NCBI GenBank assembly: GCA_964430845.1
Contig: CAYSHS010000001.1
Location: 20,475-54,825, forward strand
Direction of reading: 5' to 3'
Length of the DNA stretch: 34,351 nucleotides
From: an uncultured Pirellulales bacterium
GTDB taxonomy: Bacteria; Planctomycetota; Phycisphaerae; Sedimentisphaerales; Anaerobacaceae
Shown: positions 1 through 9,368 of the stretch, piece by piece
How positions within the stretch are numbered: the stretch's first letter is position 1
Layout of the letters: every line of letters starts with the position of its first letter
Made by a program: the position numbers and the translations under genes
Notes under the pieces: model-generated
What the model was told of the DNA's origin: nothing
Databases searched by the model: none
Seen by the model: only the letters and a program-made list of their open reading frames with translations

Positions 1-108
1 ATTTTACATTCTATTCTATTAATGATTAGTATTTTGATAGCTTATATAATAACCGGCCTGATTTTTGCCTGGCGGGCAAAATGCCGCTTTAGAAAAGGAA
101 TTTTGTAA
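1..108 (+). CDS. C-terminal fragment of a further double-ABC-2 permease paralog (5' end lies outside the window)
   Basis: Frame 1 is open from base 1 to TAA at 106-108. The translated tail ...ITGLIFAWRAKCRFRKGIL matches the conserved C-terminal tail of the 1884..3674 paralog (...GLVFAWRAKCRFRKNIF). Confidence 0.6.
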   Translation: MLHSILLMISILIAYIITGLIFAWRAKCRFRKGIL

Positions 109-128
109 ATTACATAAAGATAAACTGA

Positions 129-1880
129 ATGATTAATAATATTTTGACACGGCTTATAGACTATTTATGGCTGGGCGGGCCTATTTTTATGAAGGAGCTT
201 CTCGTATCCAGCAGAAGAAAGAGAAATTATTTTGTCCGGTTTGCATATCCTGTCGTTTTGGCCGTCTTCGTCGCTTTGATTTGGGCGACTGTCTATAATT
301 ATAAAAGTTCGATTTACCAGGTGTCACAGATGGCGCAGGTTGGAATTCATATTACTGTTGTTGTCGTCTGGTTTCAGTTTATTGTCGTTCAGATTCTCGC
401 TGTTATTATGTTAAGCACAGCCATCAGCGATGAAATTTATCACAAGACTCTCGGTGTTCTGATGACTACACCGATAGGCAGCTTCCAGATAGTTTTCTCG
501 AAGCTGCTGAGTAAATTATTTCAATTGCTTTTAATCGTGGCAATCAGCCTGCCTGTATTGGCTATAATTCGTGTATTCGGAGGTGTGCCATGGAATTATG
601 TTTTATCGAGCCTTTGTATAACATTGACGGCGGTGATTTTTGCAGGCTCTTTAAGTCTTTTATTTTCTATTTATAGTCGCCAGTCTCATTTTGTTATTGG
701 CCGGATGTTTTCTGTCTTATTCATTCTTTATGCTGTGCCATTGATTGCTAACATAGTTCTACAGGGCTTTTTTCCCCGTTATAATAATCCATACTGGCTC
801 ATTTCCAGGCATGTACTATTTTTTATAAATCCGTTTATACAAATGCAGACAATAACAAACAACATGCTTTCACCTTCGGGGATAACCGGTACTGGGGTAT
901 GGATATGGCATTGTGCCGTAATGCTGGGCTTGTCTGCGATTGTGCTGGTGTTGTCTGGTTTTTGTGTTCGAAAAGCCGGCTTGAGGCAGGTCACGGGACA
1001 GGCAGGCTTGTTTTTAACCGGGAGAGAAAGAAAAATCGCGGACAAGAAACGACAATTAAACTACAGCACGGCACCAGCTCAGGGAAAAATCAGGGACATC
1101 AAGTGGCCGCCTGTTATTTGGAGAGAAATAGCAAATCCCCTGATAAAATCGAGACGCATTACTGTTATATTGAGTTTTATATTATCGGCGGCAGTTTTGG
1201 TCGTTGTTTATGGATTGTGTTTTTATTTCGATGTTCTGGGTGACAGGGAAACCCAGATAGGTTTCGTACTGACATATTTCTTTATCGGGCTGCTTCGTAC
1301 AACAACATTTGCCTCGACCAGCATAACATCCGAAAAGGAAGCAAGAACATGGCCCATTCTTCTGGCCAGTCCATTAGCTGAAAAAGAAATAGCCTTTGGA
1401 AAAATCATCGGCTCCTGCCTTCGAGCCTGGTTATACTGGTTACTTTTTGCGGCTCACGTAGCAGTGTTTATCCTGGCGGGTATTATAAAAGCGGCGGTTC
1501 TTATTCCTTTAGTACTTTTAGTAGCAAGCAGTGCGTTGCTTGTTTCTGCTGTAGGTGTTATGTTCAGCTCTCTTTGCAAACGGAATTCGACATCAACATC
1601 CTTAAACGTTGTTGCATTTTTATTATTTATGATACCTGCATGTTGTACACCTTTATCGCTGGGAAGCCCGTTTTTTGCGGTATTATCGATTTTCGGTGTG
1701 TTTAGCGGATTTGGAGGAATGGCCAGTCCTTTTAGTAATTCGCCGTCTTCGCCTTTTTATCTTATAGTAATGTTGTTAATCTCACGATACTCGTTTATCA
1801 TATTTGTTTTTGTATATTTACTGGCGACTTATGCCGCGTATGCGATTTCCACAAGCCATATACGCTGGAGAATTTTGTAA
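129..1880 (+). CDS. Fused double ABC-2-type transporter permease, paralog 1 (most divergent copy)
   Basis: 583-aa polytopic ORF. The first half has GPIFMKELLVSSRRKRNY and ISDEIYHKTLGVLMTTPI. The second half has PPVIWREI and ITSEKEARTWPILLASPLAEKEIAFGK. Together these are two ABC-2 (NosY/NatB-like E-x-E..T...LL..P) modules in one chain. It starts 20 nt after the previous stop. Confidence 0.8.
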   Translation: MINNILTRLIDYLWLGGPIFMKELLVSSRRKRNYFVRFAYPVVLAVFVALIWATVYNYKSSIYQVSQMAQVGIHITVVVVWFQFIVVQILAVIMLSTAISDEIYHKTLGVLMTTPIGSFQIVFSKLLSKLFQLLLIVAISLPVLAIIRVFGGVPWNYVLSSLCITLTAVIFAGSLSLLFSIYSRQSHFVIGRMFSVLFILYAVPLIANIVLQGFFPRYNNPYWLISRHVLFFINPFIQMQTITNNMLSPSGITGTGVWIWHCAVMLGLSAIVLVLSGFCVRKAGLRQVTGQAGLFLTGRERKIADKKRQLNYSTAPAQGKIRDIKWPPVIWREIANPLIKSRRITVILSFILSAAVLVVVYGLCFYFDVLGDRETQIGFVLTYFFIGLLRTTTFASTSITSEKEARTWPILLASPLAEKEIAFGKIIGSCLRAWLYWLLFAAHVAVFILAGIIKAAVLIPLVLLVASSALLVSAVGVMFSSLCKRNSTSTSLNVVAFLLFMIPACCTPLSLGSPFFAVLSIFGVFSGFGGMASPFSNSPSSPFYLIVMLLISRYSFIIFVFVYLLATYAAYAISTSHIRWRIL

Positions 1881-1883
1881 AGA

Positions 1884-3674
1884 ATGGCAGAGGCTATAAT
1901 GAAATATGTCTGGCGAATACTAAGTCCCTTGTGGCTGCTGGGACCGATTTTCGACAAGGAGCTGAGAGTTTCCAGCCGCAGACGTAGAAATTATGTTCTG
2001 CGTTTCACATATATTGCATTGCTTTCGACTATTTTATTCTTTTTCTGGGCAAATGTCGTTAAAACAAGCGGCTACAGCCTGTATCAGGCTTCGAGGATGG
2101 CCCGTGCAGGGCAGTCCATAATTTCCTTTATCGTCTGGTTTCAATTTTGTGCCACCCAGATAATAGCTGTAATTATGCTCAGCACTTCGATAAGCGACGA
2201 GATATATAATAAAACGCTCGGCTTATTGATGACTACACCGATAAATAGTTTTCAGATTGTAATGGGCAAGCTGCTCAGCAAGCTGCTTCAATTGATTTTA
2301 CTTATGGTTATCAGTCTTCCCTTGTTAGCCGTTGTCCGTGTATTCGGCGGAGTTCCCTGGAATTACATTATCTCAAGTCTTTGTCTTACTCTTGTAACTG
2401 TCATTTTTATAGGCTCTCTTAGTCTGTTCTTTTCGATATTCTCTCAGAGGGCTTATGTTGTGATAATAGTGACGATTATCAATTTGATTGTAATTTTCGC
2501 AGTAATACCACTAATATCAATAGCAATTTTTGGACTGATGCACTGGAGTAAAGTAATAGTTGAAAAAACTTTTTTAGCTGTTATTCTCCAGCCGAATCCT
2601 TATGTGCAAATGTATATCAATATGGTTAAACTGTTGGAGCCGAATTCCGCAGGCCGCATTCCATTTTTTTCATGGCAGTTGAATTGCGGTATATTAGCAG
2701 CTGCTTCTTTATGTATTCTTTTATTTTCTACTATTCTTGTTCGCAGGATAGCATTGCGTCAGGCAACAGGGCAATTATTATTCTCACAACCAAAGAAAAG
2801 AAACAAGTGGGAGAAATATGGCGTTCCTTCCCGGGAGCCTTACATTAAAATAAGAACGGTCAAGGACCCGCCTGTAATTTGGAAAGAGTTGAGAATGCCT
2901 ATGTTAGGCAGGCATAAAATATTCGCGTCAATATGTATTTTTCTTGTTTTGAGCCTGCTGTTTTTTATTTATTGGATGTGCGCCAGGGAAAGGGCATTGG
3001 ATGACAGGGACATTCATACGCTGTTTGTCATTGCTTTTCTGATTTTGGGAATTATTTTTACTGTTATCCTTACTTCAACGGGAATTACTACCGAAAAGGA
3101 GGCCCGTTCCTGGCCTATACTGCTTACGACTACGCTGGATGACAGGCAGATTCTGTTTGGTAAATATGTCGGCACTCTAAGGCGATTGATGCCTGTCTGG
3201 ATTCTTTTGCTTGCGCATGTTGTCATCTTCAGTCTTGGCGGGATTATTAATCCTTTAGCCGTCATTCAAATTACTATTTTAATAGCATGGATAGTGACAT
3301 TTCTTTTTTGTACGGGAGTCTATTTCAGCTCACGCTTTAAGCATACTACGACTGCTGTTATTGTAAATTTTATTTTTGCCGCTGTGATCTGGATTTTCGT
3401 TCCATTGCTTCTTTTCGTATTGGACCAGTTTGTTCATATAACTGATTTAACAGGTTATGCAGAAGCTTATATGGATACTAATCCGTTTCTCCATGCAGTA
3501 GTGATAATCGGCGCCAACACCAATACATCAACCGGAAATTATGATTGGACCAGTTTTCATGCCAATCCCTTTATGTCAACAATTTGGATGCTTGCCTGCC
3601 TGGCAGGCTATACTTTACTGGGCCTGGTTTTTGCCTGGCGCGCTAAATGCAGGTTCAGGAAAAATATTTTTTAA
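1884..3674 (+). CDS. Fused double ABC-2-type transporter permease, paralog 2
   Basis: 596-aa polytopic ORF with the same motif set: GPIFDKELRVSSRRRRNY, ISDEIYNKTLGLLMTTPI, PPVIWKEL, ITTEKEARSWPILLTTTLDDRQILFGK and tail FAWRAKCRFRKNIF. It starts 3 nt after the previous stop. Confidence 0.85.
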   Translation: MAEAIMKYVWRILSPLWLLGPIFDKELRVSSRRRRNYVLRFTYIALLSTILFFFWANVVKTSGYSLYQASRMARAGQSIISFIVWFQFCATQIIAVIMLSTSISDEIYNKTLGLLMTTPINSFQIVMGKLLSKLLQLILLMVISLPLLAVVRVFGGVPWNYIISSLCLTLVTVIFIGSLSLFFSIFSQRAYVVIIVTIINLIVIFAVIPLISIAIFGLMHWSKVIVEKTFLAVILQPNPYVQMYINMVKLLEPNSAGRIPFFSWQLNCGILAAASLCILLFSTILVRRIALRQATGQLLFSQPKKRNKWEKYGVPSREPYIKIRTVKDPPVIWKELRMPMLGRHKIFASICIFLVLSLLFFIYWMCARERALDDRDIHTLFVIAFLILGIIFTVILTSTGITTEKEARSWPILLTTTLDDRQILFGKYVGTLRRLMPVWILLLAHVVIFSLGGIINPLAVIQITILIAWIVTFLFCTGVYFSSRFKHTTTAVIVNFIFAAVIWIFVPLLLFVLDQFVHITDLTGYAEAYMDTNPFLHAVVIIGANTNTSTGNYDWTSFHANPFMSTIWMLACLAGYTLLGLVFAWRAKCRFRKNIF

Positions 3675-3695
3675 CAATAGAATCAAACTGATTTT

Positions 3696-5492
3696 ATGAC
3701 TGCTTCAATAATTAATCATATACGATATTATCTTGGCTTTTCCTGGCTGACGGGACCTGTTTTCGATAAGGAGCTGCGTGTATCGAGCCGGAAACGAAGG
3801 AATTACGTTCTTCGCTTTCTTTATATTTCATTGTTACTGACTATTCTATTTTTTGTATGGATTCAGGTAATTGATTATCGAGGCGCGAATGTCGTTCAGG
3901 TCTCTCGAATGGCACAGGCCGGGAAATACATAGTCACTTTTATCGTATGGTTCCAGTTTTGTGCCGCCCAGGTTATCGCTGTTATTATGCTTAGTAATTC
4001 GATTAGTGATGAGATATATCACAAGACACTCGGTATGTTAATGACTACACCTATAACAAGCTTACAGATAGTTATGGGCAAACTATTCAGCAAATTGTTA
4101 CAACTGATTTTATTACTTGCTATCAGTATGCCTTTATTAGCAGTAGTCAGATTATTTGGAGGCGTTCCCTGGAAATTTGTTACATCAAGTTTATGTATCA
4201 CGCTTTCGATGGTTATTTTTGTCAGCTCATTGAGTCTTTTCTATTCGATTTTCAGCCGCAGAGCATACGTAGTTATTATTAAAACCGTTCTAACTCTTTT
4301 AGCACTTTTTGCATTGTTACCTTTTTTAATTGCTACTGTTGTTTATATTGGGAGATTTTATTCAAGACTTTCAGAACAATTAATATTGTTCATCATTTAT
4401 CAGCCAAATCCTTATATGACTTTATTTTTGAGCACTCTCTCTGCTGTGGAGCCAAGAGCCGGTGTTGGTATGGTGTACAATTCAGTTTATATTAATTGTG
4501 CTTTCCTTTTGGTTTTATCGTTAATACTTTTGATATTATCGATGATAATGGTTCGCCGGGTAGCACTTAGACAGGCAATAGGGCAATTGAATTTGTCACG
4601 GGAGAGAAAATCTATTATAAAATCATTGAAGAACTCTCAACAAGAAAGTAAATCTTCAATTATTAGAGTTTTTGGTTCACCTATTCTCTGGAAAGAGCTG
4701 ATATTGCCTATACGTAAACGAGTTAAGAAGCTTCGTATTTTAGCTGTACTAATATTTCTTGGTTTGATTGGATATTCATACTGGTTTTTCTATCGAGTTC
4801 ATGGCATAAATGAAGAAGTGGTTCATGTATTTTATACATTAATATTTATGGGATTAGGTACGCTTTTTACATTGGTTCTTTCGGCAACAACTATCACTTC
4901 AGAAAAGGAATCAAGCTCATGGCCTCTTCTATTGACATCAACTCTCGATGACAGGCAAATTATTTTTGGCAAATTCATAGGTGTTTTAAGCCGCTGTATG
5001 CCTGTTTGGATTCTTTTGCCTGGGCATGTTTTTTTCTTTTATTTTATGGGAATTATCCATCCTGCAGCTATACCACTGACTGTAATATTAGTAACATGGT
5101 ATGTAATTTTACTTTGCAGCTCAGGTTTGTATTTCAGCTCTCTTTTCAAACGCACAACGACTGCTGTTATTATGAATTTTGTTTTTGCCTTGTTTATATG
5201 GGGAATTAATCCTTTAATATTTGGCATTTTATGTGAAATCGTAAAAGATTACGAGTCTTTTAAAGTATATGTTTCGATAAATCCTTTTATACAGGTTATT
5301 GTCATAATGATAAGCACTGTTGGCCGTAATATAAACCAGGGATTCGGAGGACTCGATTTCGATTGGCCTGCGGGTTATTTTAAATTTAATACAACATTGT
5401 GTATATTTGTCTTTTCATTTTGTGGGTATATGACACTTGCAATGCTTTTTCTTTGGCGTGCCAAGAAACGTCTGCGCCGTAAAATCTTCTAA
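3696..5492 (+). CDS. Fused double ABC-2-type transporter permease, paralog 3
   Basis: 598-aa polytopic ORF, colinear with paralog 2: GPVFDKELRVSSRKRRNY, ISDEIYHKTLGMLMTTPI, ITSEKESSSWPLLLTSTLDDRQIIFGK and tail FLWRAKKRLRRKIF. It starts 21 nt after the previous stop. Confidence 0.85.
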   Translation: MTASIINHIRYYLGFSWLTGPVFDKELRVSSRKRRNYVLRFLYISLLLTILFFVWIQVIDYRGANVVQVSRMAQAGKYIVTFIVWFQFCAAQVIAVIMLSNSISDEIYHKTLGMLMTTPITSLQIVMGKLFSKLLQLILLLAISMPLLAVVRLFGGVPWKFVTSSLCITLSMVIFVSSLSLFYSIFSRRAYVVIIKTVLTLLALFALLPFLIATVVYIGRFYSRLSEQLILFIIYQPNPYMTLFLSTLSAVEPRAGVGMVYNSVYINCAFLLVLSLILLILSMIMVRRVALRQAIGQLNLSRERKSIIKSLKNSQQESKSSIIRVFGSPILWKELILPIRKRVKKLRILAVLIFLGLIGYSYWFFYRVHGINEEVVHVFYTLIFMGLGTLFTLVLSATTITSEKESSSWPLLLTSTLDDRQIIFGKFIGVLSRCMPVWILLPGHVFFFYFMGIIHPAAIPLTVILVTWYVILLCSSGLYFSSLFKRTTTAVIMNFVFALFIWGINPLIFGILCEIVKDYESFKVYVSINPFIQVIVIMISTVGRNINQGFGGLDFDWPAGYFKFNTTLCIFVFSFCGYMTLAMLFLWRAKKRLRRKIF

Positions 5493-5509
5493 AAATCCAT
5501 ATTATAATT

Positions 5510-6625
5510 ATGTCTCGAATTTTACTTGAAAACGTTACAAAAAGATTTGACAGCGAAATTATCGCAGTCTCGGATTTCAGTCTCGAAATACAGGAAGGGT
5601 GTTTCATGGTGATAGTAGGTCCGAGCGGCTGCGGAAAAACCACTACCCTGCGGCTGATTGCGGGTCTTGAGCAAGCTACTTCAGGCAATATTTATATCGG
5701 GGATACTTTAGCTAATGATATCTCTGCGAAAGAACGCGATGTTGCAATGGTTTTCCAGAATTATATTTTATATCCTCATATGACGGCTTTTCAGAATATG
5801 GCTTTTGCATTAAAAATGCGCAAGTTTCCCCGAAAGCAGATAAAAGAACGTGTCAAAGAGACCGCCAAACTCCTCCGTATCGAAGATTTATTACACCGCA
5901 AGCCTCATGCGTTATCGGGAGGCCAAAGGCAGCGTGTTGCTTTAGGCAAAGCTATCGTTCGCAAGCCGTGTGCTTTTTTATTTGACGAGCCTTTAAGCAA
6001 TCTTGATGCGAAAATGCGTTTGGTTATGCGGGCCGAGCTTAAAACGTTGCATCAGGAACTGAAAACTACAACTATTTACGTCACCCATGACCAGGTTGAA
6101 GCGATGACGCTTGGCGAGCAAATATGTGTTATGTATAACGGCGAAATTCAGCAAACCGGCAGACCAATGGAAATATATGAAAAGCCTGCAAATAAATTCG
6201 TAGCAGGTTTTTTCGGGACTCCCCCGATGAATTTTTTTAATGGCAAAATAGAAATAAACGGAGAAAAAATATGCTTTGTAATGCCTAATAATACTATCAC
6301 TCTGCCTGCGTCATTAAGAGTCCGCCTTAATCATTATCATAAACAAGAAATGATTTTGGGTGTAAGGCCGGAAAATATCTCACAAAGTTCGTACTCTAAT
6401 CAGCAGGAAAATGTAATCTCTGCAACGGTTGAGATTGTAGAGCCGTTGGGAAACAGGACTGATGTTTATCTTCGTAATTTAAGTGGTGAAAGGCTTATTC
6501 TCAGCACAGCTCCATATACTGAATTAAAAGCCGGTCATACTGTAAAAGTTCATATTGATATGAATAAGATTCACATATTCGAGCCTGGCCAAACAGGCAA
6601 AACTCTTGTAATAAGCAATAATTGA
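5510..6625 (+). CDS. ABC transporter ATP-binding protein of the MalK/UgpC/MsiK (CUT1 sugar-importer) type, with a C-terminal TOBE-like domain
   Basis: Walker A GPSGCGKTT, Q-loop VFQNYILYPHMT, signature LSGGQRQRVALGKAIV, Walker B FLFDEPLSNLD and H-loop YVTHD. The motif KPANKFVAGFFGTPPMNFF plus a ~130-aa C-terminal beta-rich extension is typical of MalK-like proteins. It starts 17 nt after the permease 3 stop. Confidence 0.9.
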   Translation: MSRILLENVTKRFDSEIIAVSDFSLEIQEGCFMVIVGPSGCGKTTTLRLIAGLEQATSGNIYIGDTLANDISAKERDVAMVFQNYILYPHMTAFQNMAFALKMRKFPRKQIKERVKETAKLLRIEDLLHRKPHALSGGQRQRVALGKAIVRKPCAFLFDEPLSNLDAKMRLVMRAELKTLHQELKTTTIYVTHDQVEAMTLGEQICVMYNGEIQQTGRPMEIYEKPANKFVAGFFGTPPMNFFNGKIEINGEKICFVMPNNTITLPASLRVRLNHYHKQEMILGVRPENISQSSYSNQQENVISATVEIVEPLGNRTDVYLRNLSGERLILSTAPYTELKAGHTVKVHIDMNKIHIFEPGQTGKTLVISNN

Positions 6626-6691
6626 CTCAAAAGCCGATATATTATAGAATTATACGACAAAGACAGTTAAATGGTGAAAATGAAAGGATGA

Positions 6692-7420
6692 ATGATGCTT
6701 TTAAGAGGTGTGGTTCTCGCAGGGGGTACTGGTTCGAGGCTTATGCCTCTCACCAAGGTTACAAATAAACATCTTCTGCCGGTAGGGAAAAAACCCATGA
6801 TTTATTATCCTATCGAGAAGCTGACTGCAATAGGTATCGAAGAGATCCTGATTGTGACCGGTATCGAGCACATGGGGGATGTTGTGAACCTTTTAGGCTC
6901 AGGCAAAAACTTCGGCTGCCGCTTTACATATAAAGTCCAGGACCAGGCAGGGGGTATCGCACAGGCGCTGGCTTTAGCGGAAAATTTCGCACGATGCCAG
7001 CCAATTGTGGTTATCCTCGGCGACAATATATTCGAGAATAACCTGAAAAGTTACGCTGACAAATTCGTCGCACAGGAAAAGGGCGCAAGAATCGTTTTAA
7101 AGCAGGTGGAAAGTCCCATGCGTTTTGGAGTTGCAGAAATAGTTGGTGACAAAGTTATAGGTATAGAAGAAAAACCGGAAAATCCGAAATCGGATTATGC
7201 CGTAACAGGTATATATTTCTATGATGGGTCTGTTTTCGATATTATACGAACGTTAAAACCATCCGACCGTGGTGAATATGAAATTACTCATGTTAATGAA
7301 GCATATATACAAAAAAACCAGCTTACCTTCGATATTCTCGATGGCTGGTGGACGGATGCAGGGACATTCGAGTCACTAAGTAAAGCAAATGAGCTGGTTA
7401 TGGAAAATCCGCCGCAATAA
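6692..7420 (+). CDS. rmlA: Glucose-1-phosphate thymidylyltransferase, short (~240 aa) form
   Basis: N-terminal GVVLAGGTGSRLMPLTKVTNKHLLPVGKKPMIYYPI nucleotidyltransferase signature. Adjacent to rmlD and rmlB. The start could be 6692 or 6695 (tandem ATGs). Confidence 0.8.
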   Translation: MMLLRGVVLAGGTGSRLMPLTKVTNKHLLPVGKKPMIYYPIEKLTAIGIEEILIVTGIEHMGDVVNLLGSGKNFGCRFTYKVQDQAGGIAQALALAENFARCQPIVVILGDNIFENNLKSYADKFVAQEKGARIVLKQVESPMRFGVAEIVGDKVIGIEEKPENPKSDYAVTGIYFYDGSVFDIIRTLKPSDRGEYEITHVNEAYIQKNQLTFDILDGWWTDAGTFESLSKANELVMENPPQ

Positions 7421-7489
7421 TACAGGAACAGGGACAGGAAGAGGAATAATGAATATTGCTGCGGAAACCGTATCTTTCGGGAGTGCTTA

Positions 7490-8338
7490 ATGACGTTAAA
7501 TGATTCAAAAATTGTAATTCTTGGCGGCAGGGGGATGCTCGGGACAGACCTGGCCAAAACATGCAGGCAGCGGAACCTTGATGTTCAGGCATTCGACCTG
7601 CCAGAATTTGATATTACGAATTTCAAGCAGCTTGAAAAAACAGTAAGCTCAGCGGATATAATAATAAATTGTGCTGCTTATACTAATGTTGACGGCGCTG
7701 AAAACGAAAAAGAATTAGCTTATAAGATTAATGCCGAGGCAGTTGGGAATCTGGGTGCAATTTCACGGGATAATGATATATGGATTTTGCATATCAGCAC
7801 GGATTTTGTTTTTGACGGCAGGCAGGAAAAACCTTATCTCGAAACTGACCCTGCGAATCCAATAAACGAGTACGGCAGAACGAAACTTGCCGGAGAGCAT
7901 CTGCTTGCTCAAAGCGGCTGTGATTATTGTATAATGCGTGTGGAATGGACTTACGGCTCAGCAGGCAATAATTTCGTATCGAAGCTAATCCGGCGCGCGA
8001 GAACTAATGAAATAGTTAAAGTAGTCGATGACCAAACAGGCTCACCAACTGCAACGACACAAGTCTCGAAAGCAATTTGCAAGCTGATTGAGAAAAAACC
8101 GGTCGGATTGTTTCATTTCGCGAATTCGGGCTATGTAAGCAGGTATGAAATGGCGGGATTTATATTTGACAATCTGCTGATGAATGTTAATCTTGTGCCA
8201 TGTAAAACGGGCGATTATGTCCTTCCGGCTGCGAGGCCGCTGAACAGCCGCTTTAATTGCAGTAAAATTGCAGAGCTGCTCGATGAGCAGATTGAGCCAT
8301 GGCAAACTGTTTTGGAAAGATATTTGAATAGTTTATGA
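7490..8338 (+). CDS. rmlD: dTDP-4-dehydrorhamnose reductase
   Basis: 282 aa with the Rossmann motif KIVILGGRGMLGTDL. Also has AAYTNVDGAENE, STDFVFDG and YGRTKLAGE motifs typical of RmlD. The stop overlaps the rmlB start (ATGA at 8335-8338). Confidence 0.85.
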   Translation: MTLNDSKIVILGGRGMLGTDLAKTCRQRNLDVQAFDLPEFDITNFKQLEKTVSSADIIINCAAYTNVDGAENEKELAYKINAEAVGNLGAISRDNDIWILHISTDFVFDGRQEKPYLETDPANPINEYGRTKLAGEHLLAQSGCDYCIMRVEWTYGSAGNNFVSKLIRRARTNEIVKVVDDQTGSPTATTQVSKAICKLIEKKPVGLFHFANSGYVSRYEMAGFIFDNLLMNVNLVPCKTGDYVLPAARPLNSRFNCSKIAELLDEQIEPWQTVLERYLNSL

Positions 8339-9348
8339 AGAAGATTCTTGTTACAGGCGGTGCGGGATTCATCGGAAGCAATTTTGTGCGAATGGTGCTT
8401 TCGGAATACCATGATTGTTTTATTGTTAATCTCGACAAACTTACTTATGCCGGAAATCTTGAAAATCTTTCAGGTTTTTTGGAAAACAAGAATCACAAAT
8501 TCATAAAAGGTGATATATGCGATGGAGAATTAATAGGGAAAGTAATCGATGAATACAAGATAGAAGCGATAATTAATTTCGCAGCGGAAACTCACGTTGA
8601 CCGTGCAATTACCGGGCCAAAGATTTTTATCGAGACAAATATCGCGGGTACCCTGACACTTCTTGAAGCTGCTCGCGATAAAAAGCTGGGACGTTTTATT
8701 CAAATATCGACCGATGAGGTGTATGGCGAGCTTGGTCCCGATGGAAAATTCACAGAGCAAACACCGCTCAGTCCGAATTCACCATATTCAGCCAGCAAGG
8801 CGGCGGCAGACCATCTGGTCGGGGCTTTCGGACATACCTGGGGAGTAAAATACAACATCACACGATGCTCGAACAATTATGGCGAATATCAGTTTCCTGA
8901 AAAAATGATTCCCTTGATGATAAATAACGCGCTCAATGACAAGCAGCTTCCTGTATATGGCGATGGTTTGAATGTAAGGGACTGGCTCTATGTCTATGAC
9001 CATTGTACTGCGATATGGCAGGTTCTTGAAAAAGCGTCACCTGGTGAGATTTATAATATCGGCGGCTGCAACGAAAAAACAAACCTGGAAGTGGTTGGGC
9101 TTATTCTCAATCGGCTGAACAAACCTGAATCGCTGATTAAACATGTTACAGACAGACCGGGACATGACAGGAGATATGCGATTGATGCGAGCAGGATTAT
9201 GAACGAGCTTGGCTGGAAACCATCTGTAAAATTCGAGGAGGGCATAAATAAAACCATCGACTGGTATATACAAAACCAGGACTGGCTTAAAAATGTTGTT
9301 TCCGGTGACTATCAGAGATATTACGAATCGATGTATAAGAACCGTTGA
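8335..9348 (+). CDS. rmlB: dTDP-glucose 4,6-dehydratase
   Basis: KILVTGGAGFIGSNFV, NLDKLTYAGNLENL, STDEVYG and YSASKAAADHLV (catalytic YxxxK). Full-length colinear resemblance to RmlB/RfbB. Confidence 0.95.
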   Translation: MKKILVTGGAGFIGSNFVRMVLSEYHDCFIVNLDKLTYAGNLENLSGFLENKNHKFIKGDICDGELIGKVIDEYKIEAIINFAAETHVDRAITGPKIFIETNIAGTLTLLEAARDKKLGRFIQISTDEVYGELGPDGKFTEQTPLSPNSPYSASKAAADHLVGAFGHTWGVKYNITRCSNNYGEYQFPEKMIPLMINNALNDKQLPVYGDGLNVRDWLYVYDHCTAIWQVLEKASPGEIYNIGGCNEKTNLEVVGLILNRLNKPESLIKHVTDRPGHDRRYAIDASRIMNELGWKPSVKFEEGINKTIDWYIQNQDWLKNVVSGDYQRYYESMYKNR

Positions 9349-9368
9349 TAATTGGGGAGATATAATAA

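Noticed and set aside
779-1408. Short ORFs (779..1045 -, 899..1243 +, 1223..1408 -) nested inside permease paralog 1, plus similar 60-130 aa ORFs nested in most long genes of the track
   Set aside because: They lie out of frame or antisense within long ORFs that carry clear family motifs, and they have no SD or domain signal. They are typical shadow ORFs.
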